Notes: generated by a model from the sequence alone, not told the origin. 62,706 nt of DNA, filler included, from Rhabdomonas costata (GCA_019059605.1; 21 parts of 21 records of this genome joined end to end with filler, not necessarily neighbours in it), one strand, 5' to 3'; shown: positions 50,067 through 62,664, counted from the first letter of the whole stretch. Numbers and translations: made by a program.

Positions 50067-52351
50067 CTGCAAGTGTTTCATGTTTTGCTGGTGTCACTGG
50101 GATGAAAAGGGGGTGCACAGCAATCACTGACATTCTGGTTTCGGATTGGCCATTGGTGGGAGCGGAACGGACCCCACCTATCCACACCGGTGTCTGAACA
50201 ATGATATGGACGATTCGAACAAAAGCGGAAGATGCAATGCGAAGCAAAAGGGCGGCTTATCACTCGGTGTGTCGATGGGCTGAGCTGAAGCATGCCTGAG
50301 GTGTTTTTGGATATCCAGGAGGCCTCCCGAAACGTTGCGCGGCCTGTGCTTGGGATCACAACTTTCTCACCTTTCACCTTCATGTGGTATCCCATGGCGT
50401 CTCTTTCGTGCCCTCTTTTTCTTTACAGGAGGTCAGGTATGAATTGCAGAAGTCGAAGGCCCATCGTTATTCTTTGGGACAGGCGGGGTCCACAGCTAGG
50501 GCTCCTGCTTCGATCACCTCGGGCATTCCCAGCGAGCCAGGCATGGCTCCATTTCTACACCCAAGCATCTTGCACCGCAAGCCAATGAGGAGCAAAACAA
50601 ACACAGTGAAATCTGCAAACCGTAGTGGCAGAGATCCAACCGCTGCAATCCGACGGATGCCGACTCCAAACACCAAAACGTGCAAATCTCAACTCTTTCA
50701 CCAAGCTCAAAAGTCCGGAAAAAAGACATGGGACAGCAAGACAGCAAGAAAGAAAAGCGTGAAAAAATCCACAACACANNNNNNNNNNNNNNNNNNNNNN
50801 NNNNNNNNNNNNNNNNNNNNNNTTAATTAATTAANNNNNNNNNNNNNNNNNNNNNNNNNNNNNNNNNNNNNNNNNNNNGGGTTTGTGTGTGTGTGTGTGC
50901 GTTTGGAGAAGGACCTTTTTGAGAATCCCATTATCCGTCGGTTATGGGATTTTTCGCCTCTTTTCTCGGTGTTTTTTTTCGTTTTTTAATTGTTTTTTAA
51001 TCTTTCGCCACGCCACCATATCAACAACGCGATGCGGGACTGCCTGCTTTTGTATCCAAAAACATATTTTTCGCGCTCTGGTACTCTGGTGTCAAACTGT
51101 TATGATAAATGTACTCCTTAGTTTGCAGGGTGGCCTCGTTTAGGATAGCTTTTCTTTGTTTTGGTGTCTGACAGTTCTGGGTGTCTTCTTCATGGGGGAT
51201 CCCTTTCCAGAGGAAATTCTTCGCAGAGTGCAACCTGCCCAGTCAGTCGCGTGTGCTTCGATGCTTCAGGAGGTCCACCTCTAGGTCTACCAAAACTTTC
51301 CAAGATAGGATTTTTATCTTCAGTTTCAGCCCAGTGTTGCTTAGCTTATCCAGTCATCCAACAAAGAGTGCCAAATTTGTATGGGTGCTCTGCACTGCGG
51401 GGGGTGTCTGGTGGCCCACCATCTTCTTCTTGGCCTCCTGGCTGATCGTTTTCCTTTTTGATTCTTCGTTCTTTTTCTGAAAGAGTTGGTTTGCCTACGT
51501 GGGTCTTTACTTTTTTTTACTCTGTTTGTTCGTTTACATTCCCGATGAGCCGTGCTTTTCCATGCACTTGTGAAGTCTCTCTGAGTCAACTTGAGTCAAC
51601 TGAGTAAACTTAGGGCGTTCGGCGACATCGCCGATGAAAGTGACGGCTCTTGGGTCGCTCGAGGCCGTCATCGTGCCACGTCACGAATCTCTGCTTCTTC
51701 TTTGTGTTGGGTTTTTTGATGTTCGCATTCCTTATGTTTCAGCCTGAAGTTTGCGCAACCATTGAATGGTGGGCGGCGGCGGTGATTTCACTCATCATTG
51801 GATGAGTGACAGTGCCTCTGGCCACTGCCCGGAAGCGGTTGGAGTGACTGTTGCATTTGGCGCTTTTGGAGATTAGAAAAAGTGTGTCACTGCAAGGTAC
51901 TGGTCAGGTCAACTGGATGGAAGCCAAGCTGCTGAGGGCCAACTTTTTCCCGTTGCGTTGCGGTTCGATCACGAACCTACCGCGAATGGCAACAAAAGAT
52001 GCATGAGGCACCTTCAGCATTGGAGTTAGATGAGGCAACGTGCGCCTTGTCATCTTTTCCTTTCTGCGTGCAAAGTTTACTTCGGTACGAAAGGCAACTT
52101 CCCATCTGGGATATCTAGGATGTACGCTTTGGTCCTTTCCTCTCCCTTCCAATTACTCAACCAGCCTAAACGCCCGTCGTGCATTATATCATTTCATTTG
52201 CTGCTGCATCTGCCTGCGTAGGACTGTTCTGTGTGTCGGGCCTCCCCGCGCCTTTTTTGGTTTCCCAATTGATCGCAGCACCTCGTGCCCGATCACAATC
52301 TCCACCTTTTCTGCCGAAATGTTCTCTTCTCACCAGCCCTCGCCTGTTTCG

Positions 52352-53030
52352 ATGTCTGAGGAGGTGCCTCAGATCCTGATCCCTCCTTCTTCCCCCAGGA
52401 GGAGTTTGGCGCTGCGTCGGCCGCGAAGCCAGAGCCCCGGCCAGTGCCGCAGCTCCGCCCCCGGCACTCCCTCTGCTTGCCCGACAACTCCCACCATGAG
52501 CGTGGGCCCAGAGGGGTCGGAGGCGGACTTGGGGAGACGCTTCTCTGACATCTCTTCCTGCGCGGTGTGTCTTTTTTTTCTTTGAATTTGGGTGTACGCT
52601 TGTCCCCCTACGCTGGTCGGTGCGGCGTCGACGGCTGTGCCCTGTGTGGTTTTTTTCGGGATGGAGAGGGCTGTGTGTTCTCCAATTTAGTTTCTTCTAA
52701 GGTTAGTGGCACGTGTTTGGCAGGTCTCCTGCACAAAGCAGCTCCGTGAGCATATGTTTATTGCCTGATGTGAGCAAAAGCGAAAGAAAAAAGCACCCCA
52801 TCTGGCGGGCATGCTGTCAGTCGGAACAGTTTTATGGCTCTATTCAAAAAATTCCCAAATAGGCAGGTCTGAGCAGGTCTCCTGCACAGCTCCTTTTGCT
52901 TTTTGTGGTCGTTGGGACTTTGTCCTTTTGCCTTTGCTCCCTTCAGAGCTACCCCCCTTCCACACCGCTGGGGCACTACACCCACAACCCGTACGCCTTT
53001 GAGGACGACGAGGAGTTGCCTGCTGCTGCG
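52352..53030 (+). CDS. Ser/Pro-rich protein with YTHNPY motif. Exons 52352-52564, 52947-53030
   Basis: Phase-0 GT-AG intron. MSEEVPQILIPPSSPRRS...SCA|SYPPSTPLGHYTHNPYAFEDDEE. Confidence 0.65.
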
Positions 53031-53861
53031 GTTGCTTTTCACGAGCTTTTTGGGTTAGGGGCGGCGGCTGTGGGACTTTGAATCTCTGTGTTGCATCGCT
53101 GCCAACGTTGTTGGTAGGAGGGGCTCCCCAAGGTTCGAAAAGTGGGTTGAAGTAGGCGGGAGGGGGGTGTTCGGTTTTGTGGCATCGCCAATTACCGGAC
53201 CGCGTGCGGGAGCGCGTGCGGCTACGGCTGTGCTTCTTTGAGTGGCGAAGCACGGTGAGGTTTCAGTTTCCCTGTTTATGATTCAAGTTGAACTCTTGGA
53301 ATTGGCCCCGCTTTAATGGGAGTTCGGATAGGCCATATGTATCTTCTGGCTGCCCCCCTTGTTTCAAGGGTGCGATGTCGTTGGTAATCCTGAGATGGCC
53401 AGTCGCAGTCAGGTGCATGCAGATGCGTGAACACAGGCAATCAGATGGACGTTCCAACGTTTAATGTGGTAATGCGTGTATGCACATATATACAGACACG
53501 TGAACATTGCATATCATCTTTGGTCTATCATGTGCGCACCACTGATCGATACTCAGGGATCACCCCAAGGACAATACCGTTTATCTTCAAATAAAACGTC
53601 GCTCAGCTCTTCCGGTCCGGATTGGGTCAGACCATAGGCCTCTTGCGAAGCATGGCTAGAGCCGGAATAGAGCTAGACACATGGGTGTGCGTGCGGATTT
53701 CGAGCGATCCCTTACCTCCACCCCAAGCTACGTTTTGTCACTGGATCGGTCCCCAACACCNNNNNNNNNNNNNNNNNNNNNNNNNNNNNNNNNNNNNNNN
53801 NNNNTTAATTAATTAANNNNNNNNNNNNNNNNNNNNNNNNNNNNNNNNNNNNNNNNNNNNT

Positions 53862-56720
53862 GTGTGGTGGGTAATGCGCCGTTTGAGGGACCGCGCGCGC
53901 GCCCGCAAGAGGGACGTGGCGCAGCGGCTGTGGCGCCTGGTGCGCAACCACATGGTGATGTACCGACTATGGCTGCGGTTTGTCACCCGTCGCCGCAGGG
54001 TGGACATCATCTGCCACGCCCTGACGGACGTGCGGACCCGCTTTCGGAGGCGCGTGCTCCCCTTTGCCTTTCTGGCTTTCTTAGCGCTGTGTGGGGCAGC
54101 AAAGGGGACAGAGAAATAGGAAATAGATTGTTACTTTTGGGCAGCGTTTTAACATGGATGCCGGTTTAAGACTATGCTGTTGCTGTCCCCTCCTCTTAAG
54201 GTTAATTGCACCGATATTGATATTTCTAGGAGGGGGGGGAGCAAGAAAACAAATGTGGGAGGAGAACACTCTCAACTCTTGCTCCTGACCGCCTTCCACA
54301 CACATACACACACAATACACACAATAGCTTGACAACCTGTTGGAAAGAATGTTCGGTTCGGTTTCAGTTGTGCAGGCAACCAGAACGCACAGAGAAAGGA
54401 AGGAGACACGAGCTCATTGTCAGATCACAGTTCAGCGAGGGCGGATCACGCACTGCTCACCGGCCACCAGCGGCTGCCCGCTTCTGCTCAATGGCACACC
54501 GAAACACACACAATCACAACCCACACAGGGCGATCCACCGGTTCGTCCGCACCGCTCGCACTGTGCAGCGGTGGGTGCGGTGGACGCAGGGCCGCAGGAT
54601 GACCCGGCTGGCCTTCCTGTTGGTCCAGCTCACCCTGACCGAGGTGCAGCTGGTGCGGCAGCACCGCCTGGAGTCCCAGCAGTGGCAGGCCGAGGGCCAG
54701 GCGGGCGCCCGCGAGCTACGCCCTGGAGAAATCGGTCTGTGTGGGATACAGATCGGAAAGATGGAGGAAAAGTTGTGTATGCCGGTGGCTTGAAGGTGGC
54801 TTCGGTGTGGATCTCTGGTGGATGTGTCTTGTGTGTCGTGGGCATTGTGGGTGTTTGCGGAGAGAAAAGTTGCGGGGAAGGACGGTGCCGGTGGACCCCT
54901 TTGTTTGTGCTGATGGATAGGTTCGGGGTGCCAAATCGGACAGGCTCAGAGCGCAACACAAAAAAGCTGTGAAAGTTTGGTCCTTCTCTGTGGAAAGGGA
55001 TATCATTCACTGTGTTCCTCTCTCTCCCTTTGCGCAATGGCCAGCGACATGGCATCTATTGCGCATATTGTTTCTATTGCTCATATTTTCGTGACTCACA
55101 AAAATCTGTTCAAGAGATCTTAATTGTCCAAATGCTCAATAGGCAACATCGTGGTATGGCCTGGGAAGGCACTTCCGCGTTTGAGTTTTCACATTGATAT
55201 AGTGACCCATTCTCAAGTTTTGCTTTGCCAGCCTTTGCGCAAACGGCGTTCTCGAATTTTTCCGTTGCTTAGGGTAAAACATGGGCAGGTTATCTGCCGA
55301 GATTTCGCAGTAGTGAATTAATGGGAGCTGCGTGAGAAGACTCTTTTTGTGGTGCGACATCCTTGCATTCATACATACTCTTTTTGCATTCACTGGCTGC
55401 TACTGAAATCATTCCTCCTCTGATTAGCATCTCAATAACTTCTCTCAATTGATGTCGAGTTTTCTGAAACTTGTGTTGCGTCTGAAGCGTTTTCTGCACT
55501 CCAGGTTGCGTTTGATTTCGGCGCAGGTGATGCGGTGCCAGACAGGAAGGTGCGCCGGCCCTCGACCACCTCGATGCTCAGCGCTCCAGCCCCACCCCGC
55601 AGAATCTCCACACTGCGGTTTGCAACTCCAGATGATGGTGTGCTCGTCGTCGAGGATAGGGGCCTCGCTACCACCTGAACCAATGGGAAAGGTAATTCAG
55701 AATCTCGGGGTGGATAAATCCGAGTGGCGATATTGGGTCATGTCTTTTGTGATGCCGCATTGTGTTTATCGTGCATGATTGCTGATCAGATCCTCTGTTC
55801 TCCTTGATTTTCTCGCTCGTTCACAGCGACTTTAGTGTTTTGGCGGCAAAATGATGCCTTTTCTGTGGTACCACACCCGATCACTCTTGACCCCCCCCCC
55901 AGGCGGGTAAGCCCTCCGAGGAAAAACCCCCACATCAGTAGGGGATGCCCGCGTAACTACACACATAACACACAGGGAAAAGAGCACAGGGCTGGGAAGT
56001 AGCCTCCAGGCCTGTCCACTCCCCCAGCATCGTCACTTTACAACCTTTTTCGTTCGAATCGTCCGCGAATGTCTTGTGCGGGAGGGCGCATCGCAAAGTA
56101 GGGCAGCATTGCACATTCGATCCATTATCGTTGCAATCCGTTTCCAATCATCACCGCGTTGTGAAGCCGCAGGTGAGTATGTTTGTTGCCATGGTTCCTA
56201 CAGAGGAGAGCGGATCTGGACCTGCTTTCCGGGCAGCGCAGCAGCGGCGACGGTCAATTATGGAGGCGTCCATCATGCAGCGCCGGCGGTCCACCATACG
56301 TCCCCTGGACGATGGTACCTGTCTTGGCATTGCACGTTTTCATAATCTCTTTGTGGCGCCCTGATTTGGATGACCGCTATTTTCCAGCTAACTAGAAAAG
56401 CCTCTTGCGTTGACGGCCAAATTCTTTACGGTTCCTTCTGTTGTTGGAACAGCCCACCCCGGGGGAAAGCAATCGCTTTTTTCCGGACTTGCTGGAATGT
56501 TCCTGATCAGACATCCACACTTTTGTATGCGTCGTTTGCATGGTGCGGTTCAAAAAGAGCAGCCCACCTGTGACATCTGAGCTCATAAACGTGAAGATGA
56601 GCCTCAAGCCCTGGAATCTGGCTGAAGTTTACTCACCATGACCTTTCCAACAGATATACCGGCGGCGCCCCTGTCCCGGACCCAGAGCCACTCCGCGTCC
56701 GGCTTGGCAGGCACCCAAAC
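53862..56720 (+). CDS. Arg-rich helical (IQ-like) hypothetical protein. Exons contig start-54049, 54529-54734, 55527-55637, 56204-56314, 56654-contig end
   Basis: Phase-consistent chain (first intron GC-AG). RTVQRWVRWTQGRR is IQ-like, and the later exons are rich in RRxS. Confidence 0.6.
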
Positions 56721-57354
56721 ACCCAAACACACCCACCCCCCNNNNNNNNNNNNNNNNNNNNNNNNNNNNNNNNNNNNNNNNNNNNTTAATTAATTAANNN
56801 NNNNNNNNNNNNNNNNNNNNNNNNNNNNNNNNNNNNNNNNNATGTACAACAACTCGGAATATTCAAAACTCTTATTTGTGGTGTTGAGGTACGGAGACAT
56901 TAGCTCGCTCCGATCAGCTCCTCGGTTTTTTTGGGCAGCGAGATGACTGCAAGCTTTTCCGCCGCCACAAGTGTGTTACACAAGCTAAGCGTTTCCGCCT
57001 CCACATCTGCAATGTATAAAACTCATATCACATCTGTTACCTCTTGCTCGAACGGCAAACCCCACGGTAGGATCGCCCCCCCCCCTGCGCTGACAGGTAC
57101 CGCGGGGGTGGCGCCACCCACCATGAAAACAAACACACGAAGAGAGGAGATGGCAACCCCGAGCCGGGCTCCTACGAGTCTGCAATCACCAGCTTGACTT
57201 CGACACAACACAAATACAACAAAGAGCTCGGGAAGCGCCTCGCCGTTCTTCGCGCTCTGTTCAGCACCCACCCTTTTTTCGGGGAGAGCTGCCGCTCAGT
57301 CCAGTTCTTCCCTCCTGCCCTTCTCCCTCCAGCAGAAGCAAAATTCTCACAGCT

Positions 57355-59213
57355 CGCCGGTGGCCACCCCTGGGGCCTCGTGAGGAGGTCCCAGAGGGGT
57401 GCCCTGACCCGCCATATATCCACCGTGAGCAAAGGAATATAGCTCCTGGTAGGCGAACCTCCCAGTGAAGGGGTACACCATCCCCATTCGCGCCACCTTT
57501 GCCACACCCACAGCACGAAACGGTCCTGCAGTCCTGCACATTTCAAGTCTCGAAGCTTTGGAAGCTTTGTGAGAACGACGAGAAAAAAGCGCTTTCAAAT
57601 TCTATTCGAGTTCGGGCTGTCACTTGTGAGGGAATAGAGCCGTCCGACCTTACTGTCCTTTGAATCTGGTTTGCGGAAGGGGAGCGAGAAGAAAGGAATG
57701 AATGCGCTTGTAAGACTGGGAAGCTCAAGGTGCGCATACCCTTACAGTGCGCAGAGTGACTCCTAACAGGAGGACACTGCTAATATTCCTTCAAAGGCGA
57801 ACGTCCTCAAATGGCTGCTATCTCACCGTTTTGAATGCAAATTGTGGAGCACTCTAAATTCATCAACACCGCGAAGTCATACGTCGGCAGCGTCAAAGAG
57901 TTAGGTGGGACACAGCTAAGTCCAGTGAATCCAGCCCAAGAATAAAAACAAGTTGGCAGAATAACGAAATGAAACTTTATCCAGAGGAAGAAAATACCAC
58001 AACAGAAGGGAATTGGGTGATCTTCAGGCGACGAATTGCCTGCTGACTCTTCTCCGAGTCCACAACAGCTATCTTGACGGAATCCCTATCGGCGGGTTGG
58101 AAAGAAATTTGAGAGGGAGAAGAGGTGTAATGCAACGGTACAACAAAAAGGCGCAAAAAGGGCAAAGAATAGGTAAAAAATAGTCATTGTAAATTTCACT
58201 ACCAGTAAATCTACAGATCCCATTGGAAACGAGCAGACATCATCCACTGAACGTGGCTACCCCACCCCCCGGTCGTACAACAACGCCTAACTCTGCTCTT
58301 GTGGAAAAACAGCTTCTTCTCCTGGAAACACAGTAGCGTGCTTTGCCCTTTGTATAACCATTGGAATCCGAGCGAAATATGCCCGCTCTCTCCACAAACA
58401 GCCCCGCTAACGTTTCTTTTGCAGCGCCAATACAATGTGCGAAATCGGGCTTGGTAAAGGCCACCGAAAAACCAAAAGCGAACTCAGTAGTAGCAGCAGC
58501 AGCAGTCAGAGAGAGAGAGAGTAAATCGTGGAAAGTGAGTGAGTGGCTGGCAGATCAAGGGGGCTCTTCATTGAAGTCAAGTGGATTTTGCACCCAAAAC
58601 GGAGAATAGGCGGTGCAGACTTGAAATCCTCGGCAAGCTTTTCAAAGGACTGCCGCAGGCGCACGGAATAGCTGTTCCACTCCACGTGAAATAGCATCAT
58701 CCATACGTCAGTGTTCCCATGCAGAGCTGCGAAGAGAGAAAGAAAGAGAAGGCGCACCACCACACGCACCACAACATCAAAACATCACCACATCATTACC
58801 ATTTCGACGACGGAGGCGGTGGATATTACGATTCAAACTCCTTCACAGTCGGATAATGAACAAAAATGGCACACTGATGAGAGGCTGTGGGTGCGAAAAA
58901 AAACGTGGGAAAAATCAGGGGGCAGCATCAGGTACATTTCTCAGTTAAAATTTCCCTTAATGCTAAAAGCCCAAGTAATAATACCTTGTAATGAATAGCA
59001 TGCATGAGAATGAAATCTAATAACAAAATAATCAATAATATAAAATTAAACTGGTAAACGCACCCCACTCAAAAATCCCAGAAAAATTAAACCTTCTGAA
59101 ATGTTCTCATCATTGAGAAGCAGAAGTGAGCTCTCAGCAGCCGCGGGCTCTTCGGCAGCAAAGCAGCCCGCGCAGCACAGCAGCAGGACCACCCAAAGCG
59201 AAGCCGTCCACAT
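57355..59213 (-). CDS. Secretory thioredoxin/PDI-fold protein lacking CxxC. Exons 59213-59093, 58726-58621, 58085-57998, 57496-about 57355
   Basis: Signal peptide MWTASLWVVLLLCCAGCFA, then LNDENI, WMMLFHVEWNSYS, FEKLAEDFK|DSVKIAVVD, ITQFPSVV, YPFTGR...FAHGGY. Confidence 0.8.
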
Positions 59214-60426
59214 GATTGCACCGCAACAAACAAAGTGGAAAGAAGCAAAAGAAGCAAGAGAAGCAAAAATGAGAAGCCACAACTGCGTCCACATAAAAAA
59301 GAGCTTACAAAGACAGAGCTCGAAACCATCCACGTGCACATCTACTGAAAGCGTCCCGGCATTCCAGATGCGAAATCCTGTTTGATGAAACGCGCCACGC
59401 CACTCCCGCAAGTAGAATTTGCTCCCTGTATTCTCTAGTATGACAGAGAAGTGAGTGTGATTCCTTTTCCTTTTCCTGCAGGCCTGTCAAGAATTTGCTA
59501 ACCTCCCACCTCCCACAAACTTATTCCGCGAGAAAAATTAGTAGGAAGTCTGCAAATTCAATACTGCATGATATCCACTACAACCGTACAAACGTAACTC
59601 GAGGAGATCCATTTCACTTCCTCTGGGACGTGCTGCGAACAAAGAGGACGTGGAGGAAGCAACAGCAAAAGGAGAATGGGCCGATATAATGGTTCCATGT
59701 ATATAGACCACCCACCCCCCCNNNNNNNNNNNNNNNNNNNNNNNNNNNNNNNNNNNNNNNNNNNNTTAATTAATTAANNNNNNNNNNNNNNNNNNNNNNN
59801 NNNNNNNNNNNNNNNNNNNNNAAAGCACAACCATTTCCAAATGTTTGTTCCCAACCCCAGTGTGTTAGAGTCACTCCCCAGCATGATGAATACCGTGGGA
59901 TACTCTCCGAAGTTGTCAAAGAAAGTTCACATTTTCTCACAAAGGGATGACACCTCTGACGTCCTCTGCCCCTTTTTAGACAGGCTCCACCTTTTTTTTT
60001 TGCAATTTGCAAAAAAAAAAAAGAATATGCCAAATTTTCTGCTAAAAAGGGCCTTGGGCCACTTGGGCCACAGTGCATGTCCAAGATGTTCGTAAATGAT
60101 GAGAGGTCCTTGATTAGGCGCTCTCCAATGGAGGACGCTGAGACTTTCAGGTGTAATAGGAGGGTAAATTTTCGGGTAAGAATCACTTTGAGTGGGAATT
60201 GGATTGTTTGTGTTTGTTTCAAGGGATTTCCGCCAATACCCCTCCCTTTACACGACTGACGTGAGAGGTACAAAGCAAAATCCGCTTGTATTCCCAGGGG
60301 GGCGGCAGAAGGCCCACTGCCTCCCCGCGTCAGCTCTGAGAAGCGCCCTTCTTGTTTTGGTCACGGCCCCAATTCAAACATTCTTCCTCCTGCTCTTGCT
60401 GATCGCACCCCCCCTCCCTCTTCCAG

Positions 60427-60911
60427 GCCCCTCCTTTGGCGGAAACTGCGCATATCAAACCCAGTGCCTGGCGGCCAACCAGCCCAGTGCCTGGGACGCC
60501 CGCTCGTGGTACTGGCAGGTCTGCACCGAACTGGGGTGGATGCAGACTGCACCGCGGCACCACCCCTTGCGCTCCCCCCGGCTCACCTTGGGTGCCCTGC
60601 TGAAGCAGTGTGCGCAGATCTTTGGCCGTCCCATGCTTCCTGTTACCGTACTCACCAACTTCGAGTTCGGGGGGGCCCGACCTCGCGCCCACCGCTGCCT
60701 GTACGTGGATGCCTCCGATGATCCCTGGCAGGAGGCCTCCGTGGATCACAGCGTGACCCCCTCACAGCCATACTTCTACATTCACTGTGAGGACTGCGGG
60801 CACTGCATTGATCTTCGCGAGCCCAAGCCCACGGACCCTCCGCAACTCACCGCGGCGCGCCAGGCCATTCAGAACAAGTTGGATGAGTGGCTGCTTTCCG
60901 CGGAGAAGTGA
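60427..60911 (+). CDS. Serine carboxypeptidase S28, last exon (copy 1)
   Basis: RSWYWQVCTELGW, TNFEFGG, DDPW (catalytic Asp), GHCIDL (catalytic His), TGA. Confidence 0.92.
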
Positions 60912-61668
60912 GACACCCCTCCAAGTGGCGCCACAGACAATTTCCTTGACTTTTCCTGTGGTAGCCTCCATGTGGAGGTTTAATCGCTCTCCGCCTTCTC
61001 TCTGTGATTTTTTTATCAAGGAACTGAAAATGAAAAGAAACACGAAAGAACGATGAAGTGACGACGATAAACATGGGAAACAGGGCTTCTTTTTATTTTC
61101 ACGTTTTTGCTGGCTCTGGGGGGAGAATTGAGGTTCCCTTTTTTTGGCTCTTTCTATGTGGCTGAGGTCATCCAAGGCCCTCCCAGAGCCATTGGGCGGG
61201 TCTGTGACGTGGGTTACAAACCCACTTCCTGTCGGGCTGCCTGTACTGTATTAGTTGCCGCATGGCCTTTTTTGGTGATGCTGTTCTCACACCATTCTCC
61301 ACCCTTGTCCTAAAAACGTTCAAAAAAAATCAGATTCCAGTCGACGACGACAAAGCCGATGCAGGCTTTTTCCAGTTTTCCAGGTGCAAGAAGGCCTGTC
61401 TTTCATTACAAACTCATGTGTGTCCACCGTTCATGCGTGTCGGATACCGTTGTATGAACAGAAACTATATTCCATTGGACTCGTTTGGTGTGTGTGTGGG
61501 GGGGGTTAATTTGGCAATATACACCTGATCCTGGGTTCTCATGTCCCCTTCCATTGAAATTAAATGAAGTGCACCGAATTTAGCAACCTCCTCCCAAGCT
61601 TTGTACGGCCATACTCTCCCACTTTCCGCTGCTGTGCTCCTGGCCTTGGTTGTCTTCTCTCAGTACCC

Positions 61669-62664
61669 ATGGCTTTTTTCTGGCTTCTTCTTTTGCACGT
61701 TGGATTGGTCACGTGCTTGGTGGAGCTTCCTCCGCATGCTCGTGGAGGCGCGGCATTCCGTTTATTCTCTCGGTATCTTCAAGTCTCACGTGCGCAGCTC
61801 GTCTCTGCTCACTTTTTCACCCCGCACACCTGCCACACCTCATTTCAAAAGCCTGCAGAACCCGACTCATCCTCCGATTTTAGATTTTAGATTAGAAGGG
61901 TCCAGAGGGAGGCGGAGTTGTTGCATTGCCGATGCTGACGCGACCACTCCGCGGGGGTCGAAAAGCCAGCCACTCCAGCTGTTCCACGTCAGAGCTGGTT
62001 TGCTGACAGCTTTGCCTTGGGAATTTAGGGGCTTGCGTGATAGTAAAGTGTGTCTTGCCGCCAACCACTATTTTTGCGACCCACAACTACATTCACTGTT
62101 GCTTTCTGCTGTTCTTTGGGTCTCAAGTTAAGGTTTTTGTGCATTCGTGCTTTGTGGCCATATGAAAGTTTGTGTCGCCGCCAGCGTTTGGTTGTCAAGA
62201 AATCTCCTTGATAACAATCACCCACTTGGCTCACTGTCACTGTCTCCTCGCATGGTTGTAGAAAAATCCCCCCTGCAATCTTGGGGTCAGAAGCGCAAAA
62301 GAGTCTTTTGTTCCCTGTCTGGGCCTCTGGGGAAAACGTCTCTTCAGGGAAAATCTGGTGACGAACACCCCAAGTTCTCCCAAGCCGGAGCCGCAGTTTT
62401 TTGACCAGAGGGTGGACCACTTCGACGAGAGCTCCTCCGCCACCTTCAAGCAGCGGTACTGGGTGAGCGACGCTGGGTGGGCCGGCACTGCGACCACACC
62501 GACGTACCTTTTCCTGTACATGTGCGGGGAGGCCACATGCCCGGGCTCACCCCACGTAAACACCACGGTCATGGCTCTGGCTAGGCGCTATCACGCTGCG
62601 GTGCTTACTCTGGAGCACAGGTTCTACGGCAACTCCATTCCCAACAACGACACCTCTGTTAAAG
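61669..62664 (+). CDS. Serine carboxypeptidase S28, first exons (copy 2). Exons 61669-61772, 62348-62664
   Basis: Signal peptide, then FFDQRVDHF, TFKQRYW, LFLYMCGE, LEHRFYGNSIP. Phase-2 GT-AG intron. Confidence 0.92.
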
